Positions 15,721-25,050 of a DNA stretch of 43,054 nt are shown here, piece by piece. The notes beneath the pieces are model-generated. The model searched no databases, was not told the DNA's origin, and worked only from the letters and a program-made list of their open reading frames with translations. The translations under genes were made by a program, and so were the position numbers. Origin of the DNA: an uncultured Gammaproteobacteria bacterium. Lineage in GTDB: Bacteria; Patescibacteriota; Microgenomatia; UBA8517. Where the stretch lies: NCBI GenBank assembly GCA_964583685.1, contig CAZOVJ010000002.1, forward strand, positions 1 through 43,054. Reading direction: 5' to 3'. How positions within the stretch are numbered: position 1 is the stretch's first letter; each line of letters begins with the position of its first letter.

Positions 15721-15762
15721 ATAAGTGATAAGTGACAAGTGATAAGTAATAAGTAATAAGCA
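15721..15762. repeat. Intergenic heptanucleotide tandem repeat, six units (ATAAGTG ATAAGTG ACAAGTG ATAAGTA ATAAGTA ATAAGCA)
   Basis: Read directly. It fills most of the gap between the prfB stop (15765) and the next gene's start (15701). Confidence 0.85.
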
Positions 15763-15764
15763 AG

Positions 15765-16820
15765 TTATCCTTTATTGCCTGTTTTCAGTTCAGCTTCGAT
15801 AAACTGATCAAGGTTGCCGTCAAGAACTGCTTCTGTATCAGAAGTTTCTATGTTGGTCCTCAGGTCTTTAACCATTTTGTAGGGATGGAGAACATAGGAA
15901 CGAATCTGGGTTCCCCAAGTAGCCGGTATATATTCACCTTTAATCTCCTTTTTGGTTTTCTCAGCTTTTGTCTGCTCTAAAGCCCAAAGCTTTGCCCGAA
16001 GTAAATTAAGGGCAATTCTTCTGTTTTGTTCCTGAAAACGCTCTGTCTGGCTAGTAACCACAATTCCAGTAGGCTTGTGTTTCAATCTGACAGCAGTCGA
16101 GACTTTTTGTACATTCTGTCCACCTTGGCTTGATGCTCTAAAGAACTGCCATTCTAGGTCCTCGTCTTTGGGTTGAATATCAGGCAAATCTATCTCCTCA
16201 AACTCAGGTAGAACCTCTACCAGGGCAAAGGAGGTTTGGCGTAACTTGTCGGCATTAAAAGGAGATTGGCGGACAAGTCTATGACTTCCTACCTCACCTT
16301 TAAGATATCCGTAAGCAAAATTCCCCTTTACCTTGAAAGTAACACTCTTAATTCCCGCTTCTTCTCCAGATGTCATGTTCAAAACCTCAGTCTTCCAGGC
16401 GCGCCGTTCAGAAAACCGCAAATACATTCTCAAAAGCATGCTCGCCCAGTCCATGGCTTCGGTCCCGCCCTGGCCCGCATGAATTGCCACTAGGGCATTC
16501 TTCCTATCATACTTTCCAGAAAGATAGGTTTTAAATTCAAGTTTTTCTAAGCGCTCTGTCAGTTTTAAAACTTCCTTTGGCGATTCAACCAAGCTCTTAA
16601 TTTCTTCTCCCAAATCTTCAATTTCTTTAATCTCTTGCTTTAGATTTCCCAATTCCTGCATCAGTTTCCTGGCAAAACTCTGGTTTTCCCATAGACTGGG
16701 GTCAGCCGATTTAGCTTCAAGTTCGGCAAGTTTTTTTCTTTTCTCTGCTAAATTGAAGGCTTTTTTAAAATCCTCAAATCGCCTGGTTAAACTCTTAATC
16801 CTTGCTTTCAAATCCTCCAT
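15765..16820 (-). CDS. prfB: Peptide chain release factor 2, one uninterrupted ORF
   Basis: SPF tripeptide (RQSPFNA) and GGQ (SSQGGQNVQKV). There is no in-frame stop near codon 25. Confidence 0.9.
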   Translation of the reverse strand: MEDLKARIKSLTRRFEDFKKAFNLAEKRKKLAELEAKSADPSLWENQSFARKLMQELGNLKQEIKEIEDLGEEIKSLVESPKEVLKLTERLEKLEFKTYLSGKYDRKNALVAIHAGQGGTEAMDWASMLLRMYLRFSERRAWKTEVLNMTSGEEAGIKSVTFKVKGNFAYGYLKGEVGSHRLVRQSPFNADKLRQTSFALVEVLPEFEEIDLPDIQPKDEDLEWQFFRASSQGGQNVQKVSTAVRLKHKPTGIVVTSQTERFQEQNRRIALNLLRAKLWALEQTKAEKTKKEIKGEYIPATWGTQIRSYVLHPYKMVKDLRTNIETSDTEAVLDGNLDQFIEAELKTGNKG

Positions 16821-16828
16821 ATAAATTA

Positions 16829-16837
16829 ATTATACCA
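16829..16837 (-). promoter_or_regulatory. Extended -10 element (TGgTATAAT) for prfB, implying a leaderless or near-leaderless mRNA
   Basis: The minus strand reads ttggtataattaatttatATG. The -10 ends 8 nt before the ATG and there is no SD sequence. Confidence 0.35.
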
Positions 16838-16874
16838 ATTTCAGTTTTCAAATCCCTTACTCAAGCTAGGTTTG

Positions 16875-17302
16875 CTATTCAGCCTTTTGACGAAAGGCAA
16901 CGAGTAAAAAAGCGGCCGTTACTTCTCCCATCCCACAACCACCTCTTCTCCTAAGCTGATGAGGGGACATCTTGCGTAAATCGCCAATTGTTTCAAGTCC
17001 TGGAGTACGCATTGCAAACCCTGTGGCTCTCACCAGGTTCATCCTTTCCACCCGTGTAATCTCTCTCCATAACTCAGACCATTCCTCATCATGGCTGTCA
17101 TTTAGAATAGTATCTTTAGAACAGTATCTAAGGAATAGAACAAATCAGGCAATGATAGATCATCACCTAAAGTTGCTCCCACCTTATTTACCCTTTCGGC
17201 AAATTCAAGAGTCAGGGTGGCCTCGGGGGCCGTTCGCCGGGATAAAGTGGTTTCAGCTTCTTTAGTGGACATAAATGTTTCCTTATGGGTCGAAAATACC
17301 AT
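16875..17302 (-). pseudogene. Small gene split by a 14-bp tandem duplication (or two short ORFs). Product unknown
   Basis: The 66-aa ORF 17302-17102 ends within the tandem units 17102-17115 and 17116-17129. Deleting either unit fuses it in frame to a stop-free 76-codon frame ending at TAG 16877-16875. Confidence 0.45.
17102..17129. repeat. 14-bp tandem duplication TTAGAATAGTATCT / TTAGAACAGTATCT
   Basis: Read directly. There is one mismatch between the units. Confidence 0.85.
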
Positions 17303-17332
17303 AAGAAAGGACTAAAATCAATTTAAGTAGTT

Positions 17333-17797
17333 TTATTGACCTGGAGAACAGATGGCGGAACGGACTTCTTCAGCTTCTTCGGGTTCTAGAGATTGAAAAA
17401 TTTCAATCAACTCTTCAAGTTTTATTTCTTGAGTTGCAAAGGAAAAGGGGACCTCTTCTTTAATCCCCAAGACATCAACCATTTTTTCTCTGCCCCTGTC
17501 TAAAGTAGTCTGTATCGGCTTGGGAGCATTTTTCCAGCCCAAAATCTCAGTCAAAACTGTCCTGCCCCCGATAAGCAAAAAGCCCTCTAAAACCAAGGCA
17601 ATAAGAAATCCGATAAAAAACCAGGCACTGGCTGCTTTGAATGACCATCTCACAAAGATTCTTCTTGTCCTGGCCAAAGCCAGAACCAAAACAAAAAGTA
17701 AAAAAACAATCGCTCCTGCCTTTAAATATCTTGAAGGAATGCCTAAATTCTTTATCTGTAAAAGAAGACCTTGCAATAATTCCTGGACAGTTCCCAT
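17333..17797 (-). CDS. Hypothetical membrane protein (2-3 TM helices)
   Basis: 154-aa ORF with the hydrophobic segments AGAIVFLLFVLVLAL and AWFFIGFLIALVLEGFLLIGG. Confidence 0.45.
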   Translation of the reverse strand: MGTVQELLQGLLLQIKNLGIPSRYLKAGAIVFLLFVLVLALARTRRIFVRWSFKAASAWFFIGFLIALVLEGFLLIGGRTVLTEILGWKNAPKPIQTTLDRGREKMVDVLGIKEEVPFSFATQEIKLEELIEIFQSLEPEEAEEVRSAICSPGQ

Positions 17798-17856
17798 CTA
17801 GAATTATTTTATCACAACTAACTCTAGTTCTCTCAAATTTGTCAAGCTTAATTAAT

Positions 17857-18510
17857 TCACCCTGTCGGAGTAGCACCCGGGCTGGCAGTCGGAGTCACTT
17901 CTGGACTGGGAGATGCTGTGGGTTTGGGGGTAGCCCCTTTCCGCAATCCTGTGGTTATTAAAATATCTTCCTCTTCCAGTGAAGCAGATTTTTTTGTGTT
18001 CACATCTTTATATAAACCTAGAAGTTCATCGGTTACTTCATCAACTATTTCTTCGGAAAGAGAAGAGGAAAAAGTGAGGTTGGTGATAGTATAATTCTGC
18101 TCATCCGCATTTCCCAGCTCAATTTCACTATAACCTAACCCTTTCAAATGACCCTGAAGAAAGGCGGCTTCACCGGAAATACCCGTTCCATTGAGTATTC
18201 TTATTTTGATTAAACTTTTGTCAGCAGGTTCAGGACTGGATGCTGGTGTGGCCTCTAAACCTTCAATGTAAGGAGTAAGGGTTGCAGCAGGAGTAGGAGA
18301 AGGTTCTGGACTACCTGGTTTTTTGAAAATGAACCAAACTCCTACCATCAAACCAATGGCAATCAGAATAAGAAAAACTATAAAAATCTTTTTGCTTGAC
18401 TTACGCTTTTGTTTTTCAGTAGAAGGAAAGGTCACCTCGGGCTTGGGAGAAACTTCAGGGATATTTTCCATTTCTTGATGTTCTTCCATAATCACCCGAT
18501 AGTTAAACAC
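17857..18510 (-). CDS. LytR_C (LytR/CpsA/Psr C-terminal) domain membrane protein
   Basis: A TM anchor and a Pro/Thr-rich linker, then IKIRILNGTGISGEAAFLQGHLKGLGYSEIELGNAD, which is typical of LytR_C. Confidence 0.6.
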   Translation of the reverse strand: MFNYRVIMEEHQEMENIPEVSPKPEVTFPSTEKQKRKSSKKIFIVFLILIAIGLMVGVWFIFKKPGSPEPSPTPAATLTPYIEGLEATPASSPEPADKSLIKIRILNGTGISGEAAFLQGHLKGLGYSEIELGNADEQNYTITNLTFSSSLSEEIVDEVTDELLGLYKDVNTKKSASLEEEDILITTGLRKGATPKPTASPSPEVTPTASPGATPTG

Positions 18511-18537
18511 AGAAACTTAAAATTGTCAAATCTTTCA

Positions 18538-19104
18538 TTAGTCATTGCCGGGTTTCCATTTGATATTGCAGCCAGCGCTTGGTTTTTGATTTTGACTCAT
18601 TGACTTGCCAGCTAACACATTATCTAAAGCTTGCCTTAAATCTTCACCGGTTACAGGAATATTATTCCCTGGCCGGCTACTATCAATCTGTCCCCTATAA
18701 ACTAACTTTTGCTTGTTGTCAAAAAGGAAAAAATCTGGGGTGCAGGCTGCGGTAAAAGATTTTGCCACCTCTTGAGTTTCGTCGAATAAATAGGGATAGC
18801 TAAATTGCAGTTCCTTTGCCTGTTCAGCCAAACTTTCCGGCCTGTCTTCAAAATCATAATCTGGGTCATTTGAACTTATTGCCACAATTGCTACATCACC
18901 ATCTTTATAATCTTGACCAATCTTGGCAAGCTCCTTCTCAACATGTTTTACATAAGGGCAATGCCGACAAATAAACATCACCAAAAGTGCTTTTTTATTG
19001 GCAAGAGTCTCCAGAGAAACCGACTTTCCAGACACAACATCGGGAAGACTAAAATCCGGCGCTTTTGTCCCAAGCGCCATCATTGTTGACTGGGTTAATA
19101 CCAT
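18538..19104 (-). CDS. Thioredoxin-fold thiol-disulfide oxidoreductase (AhpC/TSA-like)
   Basis: CRHCPYV CxxC motif in a thioredoxin-fold context (ALLVMFICRHCPYVKH). Confidence 0.7.
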   Translation of the reverse strand: MVLTQSTMMALGTKAPDFSLPDVVSGKSVSLETLANKKALLVMFICRHCPYVKHVEKELAKIGQDYKDGDVAIVAISSNDPDYDFEDRPESLAEQAKELQFSYPYLFDETQEVAKSFTAACTPDFFLFDNKQKLVYRGQIDSSRPGNNIPVTGEDLRQALDNVLAGKSMSQNQKPSAGCNIKWKPGND

Positions 19105-19143
19105 TCCTTCTCACCTCCTTCTCGCAGAGAAATTCTACCATGT

Positions 19144-19413
19144 TCAAGAATATATTTGATTATGAGTGCCAATATCAACAAAAATAACTCTTTCTTTTGT
19201 CTCTCTTGAATAAACTATCCTAATATCTCCAGTGATGGAAAATGCACGAAAACCCTTAAGTCTCCCGATTAATCTATGATCTTTTAAAGCAGGTGAAGAA
19301 GGGTTCTTGATAAAAAGTTTAATTCTTTGATCAAATCGATCATGAATTTTGGGGTAAGGTTTAATGCGGGCCTTAAAATTTTTTACAAAGCGTCTTGAGT
19401 ATTGGATCTTCAT
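19144..19413 (-). CDS. RelE/YafQ/ParE-superfamily type II toxin
   Basis: 89 aa. The segments YSRRFVKNFK...LKDHRLIGRLKGFRAFSITGDIRIVY are RelE-like. Overlaps the upstream antitoxin gene by 4 nt. Confidence 0.7.
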   Translation of the reverse strand: MKIQYSRRFVKNFKARIKPYPKIHDRFDQRIKLFIKNPSSPALKDHRLIGRLKGFRAFSITGDIRIVYSRETKERVIFVDIGTHNQIYS

Positions 19414-19706
19414 GCCCTGCGAAGATGGTCAACCATTTCTTTAGTATGCTTTGCGGTATAACTTTTACCTTCTTTAATATCCTTTTTGGCCTGGAGATAT
19501 TTTTTAGTAAGTATTTCCTCTTGTTTAGATGTCAAAAACTCATCACTCTCCCCAGGGGCAAGACGAACTGTTACAGTACGATTAGCCAGTTGGGTTAAAA
19601 ACAATCTTACAACTTCCTGCAAAGATGAAAATCCATACTCTTTGGCAACTTTTGCAGAAGCAGTCTTTAACGATTTATCAACAGGTACCTGCAATGTTAT
19701 CTTCAT
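19410..19706 (-). CDS. Type II antitoxin (RelB/DinJ-like)
   Basis: 98-aa ORF translationally coupled upstream of the toxin. It has an N-terminal beta-strand/helix pattern. Confidence 0.55.
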   Translation of the reverse strand: MKITLQVPVDKSLKTASAKVAKEYGFSSLQEVVRLFLTQLANRTVTVRLAPGESDEFLTSKQEEILTKKYLQAKKDIKEGKSYTAKHTKEMVDHLRRA

Positions 19707-19786
19707 GATAATATAATTATACTGTTTTAATATTCTCTGTCAAGAGCCCGGGTTCGCGCCGCACACCTTGGGGTGTGAAGCCTATC

Positions 19787-22528
19787 TTAACCATATTTTG
19801 GATAGCAGCACTTCTTGTATTTTTTACCTGAGCCACAGGGGCAAGGGTCATTGCGGCCAACTTTTTTCTTTTTAGTAAATGCAGTATCTCCTGATTTGGC
19901 TGTTTCATCAGCCCCTGTTTGAGCCAGACCCATGGCATCAGCCCTATCAATATTGGCCCGCGCCTGTTCAAGAGGAATTTCCGGTTGAGGTTGAGCCACT
20001 CCAATTCTAAATATTCGACGGGATAATTCATCATCAATCCTATCTATTAAGCCTTCAAAAAGACCATAGGCCTCATTTTTAAACTCTATCAAAGGATCCC
20101 TCTGTCCATAGGCACGAAGACTAATTCCTTCTCTTAAATCATCTATCTGATCAATATGATCAATCCATAAATGATCAATTGCTCCAAGATAAGCATATTT
20201 CTCTATCTGCCTCATAATTTTATCACCCACTTGTTTTTCGCGCGCCCGATGAACATCTTCCAAGGCCTTAAGCAAAAACTTCTTAGTTTCTTCTCTGTCT
20301 TTTAATTGTTTAAGCCGCTTTTTGACTCCCTCTTTTGTTCTCTCGTCAAAGGGAATAATCTCTAAAAGACCAACAATAACCTTCTCATTGATTAGTTTTT
20401 GCTCTGACTCCCCAACAGCTTCGGGCGAGGCGGGCCATGAAGAAAGTAAAATCCTATCAATTTGATGTCTTAATTTATTTAAAACTTCTTCCTTAACGTT
20501 TTCTGACTCCAAAACCCTCTGACGAAGCTTGTAGACAATTTCTCTTTGCTGATTGGCAATATCATCAAATTCAACCAAGCGCTTTCTCATATCAAAGTGA
20601 AATCCTTCTACTTTAACTTGCGCTTGTTCTATTGCCCGAGAAACAAGCCTATTTTCAATGGCCTGATTTTCAGGAATCTTTAAAGTATTCATCAGGTTTC
20701 CAATTTGTTCTCCCCCAAAAATCCTCATCAAATCATCCTCTAAAGAAAGAAAAAAACGAGAAGACCCGGGATCTCCCTGGCGACCCGAACGCCCCCTAAG
20801 CTGATTGTCAATTCTTCTTGATTCATGTCTTTCCGTGCCAATAACATGGAGGCCACCGGCCTTAATCACTTCCTTGTGCAACCTCTGCCATTTTTTATAT
20901 TCATTGCTTTTCAAAAATTGCCCATGGGTTACTCCCCCAGGCTTATCGGGGACAGAACCTCCAAGAACAATATCAACTCCTCGACCGGCCATGTTTGTAG
21001 CTACAGTCACCCCTCCCGGCTTACCGGCTTCAGTAATAATCATCGCCTCTCGTTCATGGTTTTTGGCATTCAAAACATTGTGAGGTATTTTCTTGTGTTT
21101 TAGATATTGAGAGATAATTTCATTCTTCTCAATTGAAGTTGTTCCCACCAAAATAGGTTGTCCTTTTTGTTGTCGCTTTTCAATGTCTTCAACAACCGCG
21201 CCATATTTGGCTCTGAGGGTTTTATAGATAAGGTCAGGGTTATCTTTCCTAATCATGGGCTCGTTAGTGGGCACCACGACAACATCCAATTTGTAGATTT
21301 TTTTAAACTCCTCGGCCTCGGTAGCAGCAGTACCGGTCATTCCCGCTAAAACTTCATACATCCTAAAATAATTCTGGAAAGAGATTGTGGCCAGAGTTTT
21401 TGATTCCTGTTGAATAACCACATTTTCTTTTGCTTCAACTGCCTGATGTAAACCGTCACTCCATCGTCTACCAGTCATTAATCTACCGGTAAATTCATCG
21501 ACGATAATAACCTTGTCCTCTTTGACGATATAGTCCTTGTCTCTTTGAAAAAGTGTTTTTGCCCTAAGACCATTCTCAATATGGTGTATTGACTCAAAAT
21601 CCTTTTCATAAAGATTTTCAACCCCCAATATCTTTTCCACTTTCCTAATACCATGCTCTGTTAGAGAAGCACTCTTTGCTTTCTCATCAACCGTATAATC
21701 AGTATCCAAATTTAACTTACCAACCATCTCAGCAAATTTATAATATTTTTCAGTCGGTTCTGTATCTGGGGCAGAAATAATCAAAGGCGTTCTTGCCTCG
21801 TCAATGAGGACTGAATCTACCTCGTCAACAATGACATAATAATGTCCCCTCTGGACCATCTGCTCCAAAGAGGGAGCCATGTTGTCTCGCAAATAATCAA
21901 AGCCAAACTCATTATTTGTCCCATAAGTAATGTCTGCCTGATAAACAAGTTTTCTTCCAACCGGCCGCAAGTGAGCAAGGCGTTCATCCCCATGGCTAGT
22001 GTCTTCATACTCGGGATCATAAAGGAAAGATTTCATTTCCTGAACAATTGAGCCAATACTCAAACCCAAAAGATGGAAGATTGGCCCATTCCAGCCAGCA
22101 TCTCGGCGGGCCAAATAATCATTAACCGTAACCAGATGGACACCTTTCCCGGTTAGGCCACGAAGATAGAGAGGTAAAACGGCGGATAAGGTTTTACCTT
22201 CTCCAGTTTTCTGCTCTACTGCTTTGCCTTCAAAAAGAGCAATAGCGGCCACAAGCTGAACATCAAAAGGTCGAAGGCCAATTGTCCGCCAAGAAGCTTC
22301 TCTGGCTAAAGCAAAGGCCTCCGGTAAAATCTGTTCTAATGATTCTCCCTTCTTAATACGCTTTTTAAATTCCTCTGTTTTCTTGGCAAAATCAGGTTCC
22401 TTGAGTTTTTTGACCTTAGGCTCAAAGGTGTTAATTTTATCAACAACCTTACTTAGACGATTCAGCTCTTTCTTGTTAACATCAAGCAATCCGGAAAATA
22501 TTTTAAACATTGATATATATCTTACCAA
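19787..22528 (-). CDS. secA: Preprotein translocase ATPase SecA
   Basis: Full-length similarity to SecA. Walker A GEGKT, DEVD box and the C-terminal zinc motif CPCGSGKKYKKCC. Confidence 0.95.
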   Translation of the reverse strand: MVRYISMFKIFSGLLDVNKKELNRLSKVVDKINTFEPKVKKLKEPDFAKKTEEFKKRIKKGESLEQILPEAFALAREASWRTIGLRPFDVQLVAAIALFEGKAVEQKTGEGKTLSAVLPLYLRGLTGKGVHLVTVNDYLARRDAGWNGPIFHLLGLSIGSIVQEMKSFLYDPEYEDTSHGDERLAHLRPVGRKLVYQADITYGTNNEFGFDYLRDNMAPSLEQMVQRGHYYVIVDEVDSVLIDEARTPLIISAPDTEPTEKYYKFAEMVGKLNLDTDYTVDEKAKSASLTEHGIRKVEKILGVENLYEKDFESIHHIENGLRAKTLFQRDKDYIVKEDKVIIVDEFTGRLMTGRRWSDGLHQAVEAKENVVIQQESKTLATISFQNYFRMYEVLAGMTGTAATEAEEFKKIYKLDVVVVPTNEPMIRKDNPDLIYKTLRAKYGAVVEDIEKRQQKGQPILVGTTSIEKNEIISQYLKHKKIPHNVLNAKNHEREAMIITEAGKPGGVTVATNMAGRGVDIVLGGSVPDKPGGVTHGQFLKSNEYKKWQRLHKEVIKAGGLHVIGTERHESRRIDNQLRGRSGRQGDPGSSRFFLSLEDDLMRIFGGEQIGNLMNTLKIPENQAIENRLVSRAIEQAQVKVEGFHFDMRKRLVEFDDIANQQREIVYKLRQRVLESENVKEEVLNKLRHQIDRILLSSWPASPEAVGESEQKLINEKVIVGLLEIIPFDERTKEGVKKRLKQLKDREETKKFLLKALEDVHRAREKQVGDKIMRQIEKYAYLGAIDHLWIDHIDQIDDLREGISLRAYGQRDPLIEFKNEAYGLFEGLIDRIDDELSRRIFRIGVAQPQPEIPLEQARANIDRADAMGLAQTGADETAKSGDTAFTKKKKVGRNDPCPCGSGKKYKKCCYPKYG

Positions 22529-22591
22529 AATAAGTACGCCCTATGATATAATAAAAACTATGAACAAGTTTCTCGGAGATGGAGACGGTGG

Positions 22592-24340
22592 TTAGTCAAG
22601 TTCAACCCCTTCACCAGAGACAAAAACGCGCTCGCTATCTTGGGAATTGATTGGGAAAAGATAAACCCCATCAGCATCAGCATAGGTCCAGGCAATTGGT
22701 TCATGTTTAGCGGAAACAATGACCCAAATCCAAGTCAGTAAGTCTCCATAATCTATTCTTTCTCTCCGGATTCTCTGAAAAAAGTTCTTTGAATAAAAAA
22801 GCACGGCTGAACCGGGTTCAGCTCTTCCCGCCATCAGGGCTGAATTATTAGCCAAAGCCTTTTCTTTATTAAAAACAAGCCTTTCTTCAAAATCTTCTCC
22901 TCTCTTTTTAAGTGAATAAACAAATATTCTTTTCCCCGGACTCTCTATGACGGCTAAATCAAAAATATAATCTTTAAATAATTCCTTTGTTTCCGAAACT
23001 CCAAATCTTGCCAGGGAAGTAATATGTAAATTATTGCCAACATAGAGCATATAAGGAGCAAGGACCGCCTGAAAATCAATAAAAACCTTTTTGTTCTCAG
23101 CTAAAAAATCTTCGATGACTTGGAAGTTATCTTGACCAACCCAAAAGATTCTTCCGTCATAAAAGGTAAAGGGCTGATGATAATGAGTCTGAATCAGTAC
23201 ATTACCCGGAGGTAAACCCTTCTCCAAACGATGCATCAAAACCAGGGGCATATCCGCTCTGGTAGAAACATAAAGTAAGCCATTTGCCAGAGCAATCGGT
23301 AGTAAATATAAAAGCAAGAAGACCGCTTTTTTAGAAAACCTCTGAACAATCAGCAAAGCAAATAAAACTCCGGCAAATACCGTCCTTCGCATCATAAAAT
23401 CACCTGTCCAGACCGCTCCGAGAATGAAAAGGGAAATGATAAAAAGCAAACAACCAAAGAGAAAAAACTTTTCTTTTCTCTTTAAAAAGGCAATAACTAA
23501 AACAATAATCGGGGTTAAAGAACCAAATCCCCGCAAGAGCGAGAAAAGAAAATTCCTCAACATACGAAAAATTCCATCAATACTGAAAAAATCAAAGTGT
23601 TCTCCAAGTCTGGCAAAAAAAAGCTCTCTTAGCTTCAAAACAACATTTTGCCCGGAGAAGGCAAAAATCAGAGCATAAAGCAAAATTGAAAGTAAAAGGC
23701 TAAACAAAGAAAGGGAAAGGAGAAACAGCAAGTTTTTCCTTTTAGATTGCTCTGGTCTTTGCCTGAGAAGAAAGGGGAAAGCAAAAAGAGCCGGAAGCCA
23801 AAAAATTGCCTGAATATGGACACCAAACATGGCCACGACTGACAAGATGTATAAAAGTGCATTGAGCTTTTTCGGTTTTTCGAGGAATCTTAAAAAAAGT
23901 AGACTAGACAAAAGAAAAAAAGTAAGCAGCAAGGACTCCACCATGAGGTTGGTATTTATAATCCAAACCGCCGGAAAAAGGCAAAAGATAAGCAAGGCCA
24001 AATATCTCCCTTTTTCTTTTAAAAAGAACTTGCTTAATTGAAAGAAAAGGAAAATAGAAACAATTCCAAAAACAAAGGCGCTGAGATTGGCACTGTATTC
24101 CCAGGAAATTCCCCCAAAAAATCTCAACAATCTTGAAATCAACCATAAAACAGCGATAAAGAAAGGGTGAATCGGTTGATGTCCCAAACCTAGAGACTGG
24201 CAAAAACCATTTTCTGAGATTATCCGAACAAACTCCGGAGCGTCATAGAAAAGCAAAATCCTCGGTGTGGTGAGAAAAAGGGCAAATGAAATCAGAAGAA
24301 AGAAAAAGATAAACCCTCTTTTACTTATCATTTGCTGCAA
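22592..24340 (-). CDS. Polytopic GT-C-like glycosyltransferase (ArnT/PMT/DUF2723-like) with a C-terminal soluble domain
   Basis: At least 10 TM helices. An acidic first-loop motif (YDAPEF) and about 190 aa of non-membrane C-terminus. Confidence 0.5.
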   Translation of the reverse strand: MQQMISKRGFIFFFLLISFALFLTTPRILLFYDAPEFVRIISENGFCQSLGLGHQPIHPFFIAVLWLISRLLRFFGGISWEYSANLSAFVFGIVSIFLFFQLSKFFLKEKGRYLALLIFCLFPAVWIINTNLMVESLLLTFFLLSSLLFLRFLEKPKKLNALLYILSVVAMFGVHIQAIFWLPALFAFPFLLRQRPEQSKRKNLLFLLSLSLFSLLLSILLYALIFAFSGQNVVLKLRELFFARLGEHFDFFSIDGIFRMLRNFLFSLLRGFGSLTPIIVLVIAFLKRKEKFFLFGCLLFIISLFILGAVWTGDFMMRRTVFAGVLFALLIVQRFSKKAVFLLLYLLPIALANGLLYVSTRADMPLVLMHRLEKGLPPGNVLIQTHYHQPFTFYDGRIFWVGQDNFQVIEDFLAENKKVFIDFQAVLAPYMLYVGNNLHITSLARFGVSETKELFKDYIFDLAVIESPGKRIFVYSLKKRGEDFEERLVFNKEKALANNSALMAGRAEPGSAVLFYSKNFFQRIRRERIDYGDLLTWIWVIVSAKHEPIAWTYADADGVYLFPINSQDSERVFVSGEGVELD

Positions 24341-24981
24341 ACAAAAAAAATATTGGCCTCCGGAGTAATCGCTTTCACCCGAGGAAAAAATTTCTCCAAT
24401 TTCTCTCCAAATCTCGCTGATTGAGGCCTTTTCTCTCCATAATAAAGCCTGTTAAAAACAGCTACTCCTCCTTTGTTTAAAAGGCTGGACACCAACTGCA
24501 AAAATCTTTTTTGTTCAAATTTCTCGGGCATTCTATCGCCAACATAGATACCAATTAAGATAAGGTCGTAGTCAGTCAACAGTGAAGAGTGAACAGTACA
24601 AAATTCAAAGGCATCTTGAATAATTATTTCTGTTTTTGTCTTGTCTAAACCCAAATACTTTTTTCCTAACTTAATCATAATCGGGTCAATTTCCACTCCA
24701 GTAATCTGCGCCTCTGGCCAAAATTTACGAACCAGCTTGGCCGCACTTCCGCCACCCAGACCAAGAATTAAACAAGTTTTGACATTTGGGATTTGCTTTT
24801 TGAGTTTTTTCAACGTGCTTTTCCAAACATCCCTAACCACCCCCCCAGACTGGGTCGTCCCATCAGCCTTCAGATAAATCCCCCAAGCAAGATCCCGTAT
24901 AACCGTCAATTTGCCATTAATAGGCGACTCAACCTCGGCTAAAACCTTTCTGCCTCCTAGTAAATCTCCTGCCCTATTCAT
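24328..24981 (-). CDS. Spermidine synthase-like SAM-dependent methyltransferase-fold protein
   Basis: LILGLGGGS glycine-rich loop, VEIDPIMI and DLILIGIY motifs. Confidence 0.65.
   Translation of the reverse strand: MNRAGDLLGGRKVLAEVESPINGKLTVIRDLAWGIYLKADGTTQSGGVVRDVWKSTLKKLKKQIPNVKTCLILGLGGGSAAKLVRKFWPEAQITGVEIDPIMIKLGKKYLGLDKTKTEIIIQDAFEFCTVHSSLLTDYDLILIGIYVGDRMPEKFEQKRFLQLVSSLLNKGGVAVFNRLYYGEKRPQSARFGEKLEKFFPRVKAITPEANIFFVCSK
24578..24598. repeat. Three heptads AACAGTG AAGAGTG AACAGTA, related to the tsaE tract
   Basis: Read directly. They encode CTVHSSLLT on the minus strand, compared with STVHRSLFT in TsaE. Confidence 0.7.
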
Positions 24982-25050
24982 AACCTTAATTATAACTTAA
25001 TAATTTTGGGCCTTCACTTCGTCTTTTATTTGGGTATAAAATGGATAACC

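Noticed and set aside
15721-15762. Possibility that the short tandem repeats are a CRISPR array
   Set aside because: The units are 7 nt and contiguous with no spacers, so this is a microsatellite-type array. No CRISPR repeat-spacer structure occurs anywhere in the window.
16972-17265. 97-aa plus-strand ORF
   Set aside because: It is antisense to the duplication-split gene, which gives a more coherent reading once one 14-bp unit is removed.
19717-20037. 106-aa ORF overlapping the secA 3' end
   Set aside because: It lies out of frame inside the well-supported SecA C-terminal domain and has no motif.
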